A stretch of DNA of 61,935 nt, counting the filler, from Sphacelaria rigidula (taxonomy: Eukaryota), in assembly GCA_964200075.2 (NCBI GenBank). It is 4 parts of 4 records of this genome, joined end to end, with 100 filler letters (N's around TTAATTAATTAA, not from the genome) between each part and the next. Parts side by side here need not be neighbours in the genome. Positions count along the whole stretch, not along the records: positions 46,528 to 61,935 come from CAXNAA020001763.1; 3 more parts are not named here. One strand, 5' to 3'. Shown piece by piece: positions 57,312-61,935 of this stretch (position 1 is the first letter of the stretch; each line of letters begins with the position of its first letter). The notes below the pieces were generated by a model that worked only from the letters and a program-made list of their open reading frames with translations, was not told the DNA's origin and ran no database searches. A program made the position numbers and the translations under genes.

Positions 57312-58189
57312 TTGATCTGAGCGAATTCTTCTCTTTTTCATGCGGTTGGGTCCGGGTGGATTTTCAAGCTCTCGATCCAAAAAAGACAGAAATTCGTGAA
57401 ACGGCACATTGTCAGTCGTCCTACAGCACAGTCTGTACTGTCAGAACCACGACTGGCTTGTGGTGTTCTCGTAGGTTCACAGGCTGAGGTGTTCAGAGTT
57501 CTCGCTTGTGATGCGGCTTGCTGATCGTGGTCAAGGGTGTCGAGCCGATGTCACAAAAAAATATCGGCTGGCTGCGGTTTTTATTATACTGCTTAGAGCG
57601 TACACTGGTATTTGCCTCGCTGCTGGAGTGGCTCTCGGAAGACTGACCCCGATGGGCAAGCAGCACACGCTCAATTCCCCCTTGAACCCCTGTCTACGCA
57701 GTGCTCATTCTCTTCGCAAATAGCAAACCTCCAGTCCCGCATGTCATCCTACTTTCAACTGCAACTTCCTGTTGTTGACTGAACCTACTTGTATCGCACT
57801 GCACATCTATCTGAGATATATCACCAAGGCAGCTCTCCTCAAAACCGAGCACGAATAGCTAAGAGCTGGATGATACAACTATTTTCCAGTCTCCACTAGA
57901 TCCAAGTCATTCGTTATTCTGCACGCAGACTGAAACACACGCACCCCGTCTGCATGCGGGACCCTTTATTCGTATCTCATACACCTGCTATAGCTAATAC
58001 GTCGGTGTATACTTTCAACACAGTATTTTTATATTATACCAACGATTGCTCTGCGTAACGGTAGCTCAAACCCAGGCCAAGGTTGTGATCCCGACACTCC
58101 TGCCTGCACTGCTTGAAGTAGGGTGTCTTAAGTGCGCGTGTGCGTGTTTCGTTTAGGAGGACATGAAGGAGAAGCGGGAAACGTGCAGC

Positions 58190-60200
58190 GCAGACAGCCC
58201 AGGAACATCAGTTCTTTCTGCTTACAATGCGACGTGAAGAGAACTTCAGCAACGTGCAGCTTTGGGCTGCCTGCACTGCCCATGAGCGTGCACGAAACTC
58301 GGTTGCCCACCGAAACACGCAGTTCCATCGCTGATGCCGACAATGAGGGAAGATGTGCCAGTTTTCGCCTACAAAAAATAAAAAAAGCATACCCAGCTAC
58401 TGCAGTGTATCTATCCCTGTGCTCAACTCGTGCTCTATGCTGCAGGGTTGCGGTGGTAGCTGAGAATGAGTTGGATGGAGTTTGCATGATCCTGTGAACA
58501 GGTGTTATCTGGCGTGGTGGTCTGTAAGATAGGGGTCAAGTGCCGCTGCGTGCCTTTCGGCCACATGTTTCCGATCGAAAACGATTGTTTTTTACCTCGT
58601 TGCACTCTTCTCCGCGCGCCGCTGATCATGATTTTGAGTTCAATCCTTCGAGGAACATAAATGCGGTGGACCTGTGAGATCGGCAAGAAAAAATTCGACC
58701 GCACTTTTTCGATCGGAAAAAAAGTGCCAAGACACGCCCTTAGACACGGCTTCATAATGAAGCGACGCGTCGAACAGCAGTCTCCTTTTCGAGCATTTCA
58801 ACAACCGCTGCTGTATTTTTGTACGCTGTTACTGCAAATCAAGAGGGTCCGTCGATCACGGCCCGCCAGTCCGACTACCCCACCGTTACACAGAGAGGTT
58901 GCGAGAAAATTCTTCCGTATTTTGAACGTGATGGACGTGCAGACGGCATCATCCTGTCGTTCACTTTGTCGGCGAAGGCGAGCCAAGGACGAGATCAGCA
59001 CCCTATCCTTGACCAGGGATCTAAACAGCAGCGGCAGAACTCGACAACAACAAGCCGTTGGAGCTCTCGAAAATTTCAGCACTCGTCCCAAAAAAAACTT
59101 AGACGATGATGGGTTCAATACGGGCCGAAGAGCGGTCATCCTTTCGACACCGAGCGCGGTCGGAAACAGGCCTGAAGATATCAATGAGCGCGAGTGCAAC
59201 ACGTTACACTCACACGACTGAGCCCAGCAAACACGCACAGGCACCGAAATCACGGGCGCATCACATCTGGCACTAGTTCATGCACATCTGCAAACAACGT
59301 TGTTTGTTCAATGGCAGTCCGTTCGGTGCTGGAAGAGGGGCGGCCGTGTGTGTGCAAAAAAAGTTGCTCACAGTACAGCGGAGTAGCTGAGAGTTTGTGG
59401 GTGTGAACGTGTTTCACGGCGCCCGTCTGAGAGGAATCGTGGTGTTACTACTCAATGTTGAAACGACTTTCCCCGAGCCAAATACGTCGTCCTCAGTCGA
59501 TCCAACGGCTCTAGCTATTCATTGCCTATCCTGAGTCAAATGGGATCAGAATTTGACGTGACCTTGTCCCTCAGGTCCGGACTGTGTAGCATGTGTGTGC
59601 AACCGCAAGAGCAATTGCCCCGCGGGCTCCTGTTGCCCCTGACAGCGAACAACCCCCCAAAACGGATAGTCGAATGGCCCGAAAAAACGCCGCCGTCGAA
59701 GCGCTGTACAGACGCCAATATCTCATTTTTTCTGCTGGGTGAGAGGCATCGCAGCGATTGATCAACATGCTCCATTCGGTTGCCTTCCATCTTGCCTCGA
59801 TCGTACACGGCCTTTAGTAGGCCTTCTGCAAGCAGTCGGGAAAGACTGCAGTATCGTACGGCTGATCGAGCTGCAGCCATGATCAGTGTTGATTTTTCAG
59901 CACAGAGTAACTGTTGACATGGGATTTTTCATTCAAAAGTTGAAAAATTGCAATATTCGTAGTAGATCACTACCGCTACAAGACGTGACTCCTGTAAAGA
60001 AGGCAAGACTTCGCTGAGAAAGGAACTATACGCATCGTAGATATGCTCCATTGTTGAGTGAATCGGGAGTTCATGGTGTGTTTCCTCGACGATACCGACG
60101 CCACCGAAGCTCCGCAGCTCGTCAGCATGAGGGTGATACACCACCGTTCTTTCAAGTCAGTCACGACTGACACTTCCTCGGAACGCAAGGCGCAGATGGG
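58190..60200 (-). mobile_element. Degenerate hAT-family transposase remnant
   Basis: Across frameshifts and in hAT order: VSVVTD, HSTMEHIYDAY..RLVAVV, KAT(E)WS (TRW-like), and a dimerisation-domain-like LFF..ENWHIFP/SLSASAMEL..GSAG..KELMFL at 58200-58390. Confidence 0.5.
58548..58737. mobile_element. ~190-bp MITE-like insertion within the hAT remnant
   Basis: Imperfect TIRs GCGTGCC...TTTCCGATCGAAAA / TTTTCGATCGGAAA...GACACGC. Confidence 0.5.
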
Positions 60201-61935
60201 AAAACCTCATCATGCCGGGATGGGGGCATTCCCTCCTCCCGCGTACCATACTGGTGGAGCCTACTGTACTGGTCTTCAATTGAGTGTGAATACTGCCACA
60301 TCATGGCGTATGTCGGGCTACGGTACTGAAGTTGATATGCATTATCTGGGGACGAACGCATGAACTGAATGGCCCCATTCTGTGCCTGTGCCTGTGCCTG
60401 TGACCCCTACAGCCCAACATATTCGTATTCGAATTGGTCACACAAGCCCCGAGACGACTTGACATGATTTGTGCGTACCATTGAACCAGGGCTTGCCATC
60501 CTCCCGCCAGCGCAGCACCAATTCCTTCTCCCGACGAAGATCTGTCGTCCATGTCCTTACGCGTGCGTTACAGGTCACTTCGTTAGATATCACTACACCA
60601 GTATCTCAGCTGTATGTGGTACGAGTCCTCTGGGCGGCGTGGTCGTGCAGTCATGCAATCTGACGTACTCGCTGAACCCGAAACCGTCGCTTACTCACCA
60701 CAGTGTGCCGTTTCGACGTATTTACGCCGCATTTCGGAAATGGGGGCAGATGGGCGGATATAGGATATAGGATACCGGATACCGGATACTCGTATCCGGA
60801 TACTCGTATATCGTATACGGATGTACATGTCAGCTTCTCACACTCGTAACTCTACTGTGTATTGCCGTGACTTCACCAAATCCATCCTTCATGAGACTGT
60901 GGTTGGGTACTCGTTCGTTTGGAAAATGTCCCATCTACCCCTTATTATGCCAGATGATACAAGTATAGAACCGGACGGCAGATTGTGGAGGAAAGCTGGT
61001 GCCATTGACTCCCCTGTTTGATCTTGACAGTCCGTCACACACACACAGCACGATACTCTTCAGGCGAACGGCCTGAGAACAATGCGGCAGAACGCGCAAG
61101 ATGTTGAGCGGGCATCAGAATTAATATGTCATCATGATGTGGTACGGTCCGTCTAATCTGCCGCTACGTCGCATCTACGTGTAGTGTACGTGAAACATGG
61201 AAACATATACAATACAGTACAAAGTCAAACTTCGAGTATGGTGTTCACTAAATTACGATTTTTTCTCCGACGATTGGTCGCCTACACTCGAGAGTTTCGG
61301 AGTCGACAGGCGTTGGAAAAGAAGCGTATCGGCCTCAAACCACATTTCCCAATTATGTGTTGTCGGAGCAAGGTCGGAGTGATATGGAGTAAACCCCAGA
61401 GGCATGTAATTGTTCACTGTAACGACCCGAATTGGCTCCGTCGAGAGAAAATATCAAAAAGTGAGAACCTGGGCTGTACTCTTGTAGGACTCCCGAAGAC
61501 CGGTGAGCGCTATCTCGTTCAAAGTTGGTCATAGCGTATTTTTTCCGTCGAAACTTGCGTCGGGTACTCACTCTCTCGATTCCCAAATTTTATGATCAAA
61601 CAGAAACCGTGATGAGTCGTGGTAGCCGAAAACCTGACGAAATCGCTCTCACTCGAAAACTTTGTATTCAAAGTTCGATTATTATACACCGAAGAATAAT
61701 GCACGCCTGGCTTGTTGTGTAGGTCCAGGAATAAAAATACCTCCCATACTTGCATTACTAGTTGTGTACCATATAACGTGTAGCGCGTATCGCGAGTTTG
61801 TTCGTGTAGACAATGATCCTTGAGAGCTTCTCAGAATCTATAGAATCGCTTCCATCCATGGTTAGGACAAATAATGATTCGTCAGGAAATCACCTGGTTT
61901 TAGTGCAATAAGTTGACTCGTGATGAATGAATCCC

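Overview
Eukaryotic, intron-rich genomic DNA, most likely from a brown alga or other photosynthetic stramenopile. This is inferred from the gene architecture and a signal peptide plus ASAFAP-like plastid leader. Three minus-strand genes can be spliced by hand. (1) A complete 10-exon, plastid-targeted CYP97-family cytochrome P450 (carotenoid hydroxylase family, ~651 aa, 2228-11988), which contains one GC-AG intron. (2) A 6-exon SNF1/CIPK-like protein (~866 aa, 18809-28115) with an intact ORF that lacks the Gly loop, the DFG Asp and the activation-loop Thr, i.e. a likely pseudokinase. (3) The last four exons of a START-domain protein (32499-38767), whose 5' end is unresolved. Introns and intergenic DNA are full of mobile-element remains: Harbinger-, TA- and piggyBac-type MITEs, a tRNA-derived SINE, an RTE LINE fragment, and degenerate MULE and hAT transposases. 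The most unusual signals are a ~98% perfect 274-bp-arm foldback (plus a diverged tandem copy) in CYP97 intron 2, a degenerate Replitron-like HUH/Rep remnant (14560-15100), and a Helentron-like element with asymmetric inverted repeats and a 3' hairpin (33624-34297). Three 100-bp N/TTAATTAATTAA scaffold joins interrupt the window. All homology calls are by eye, without database searches.
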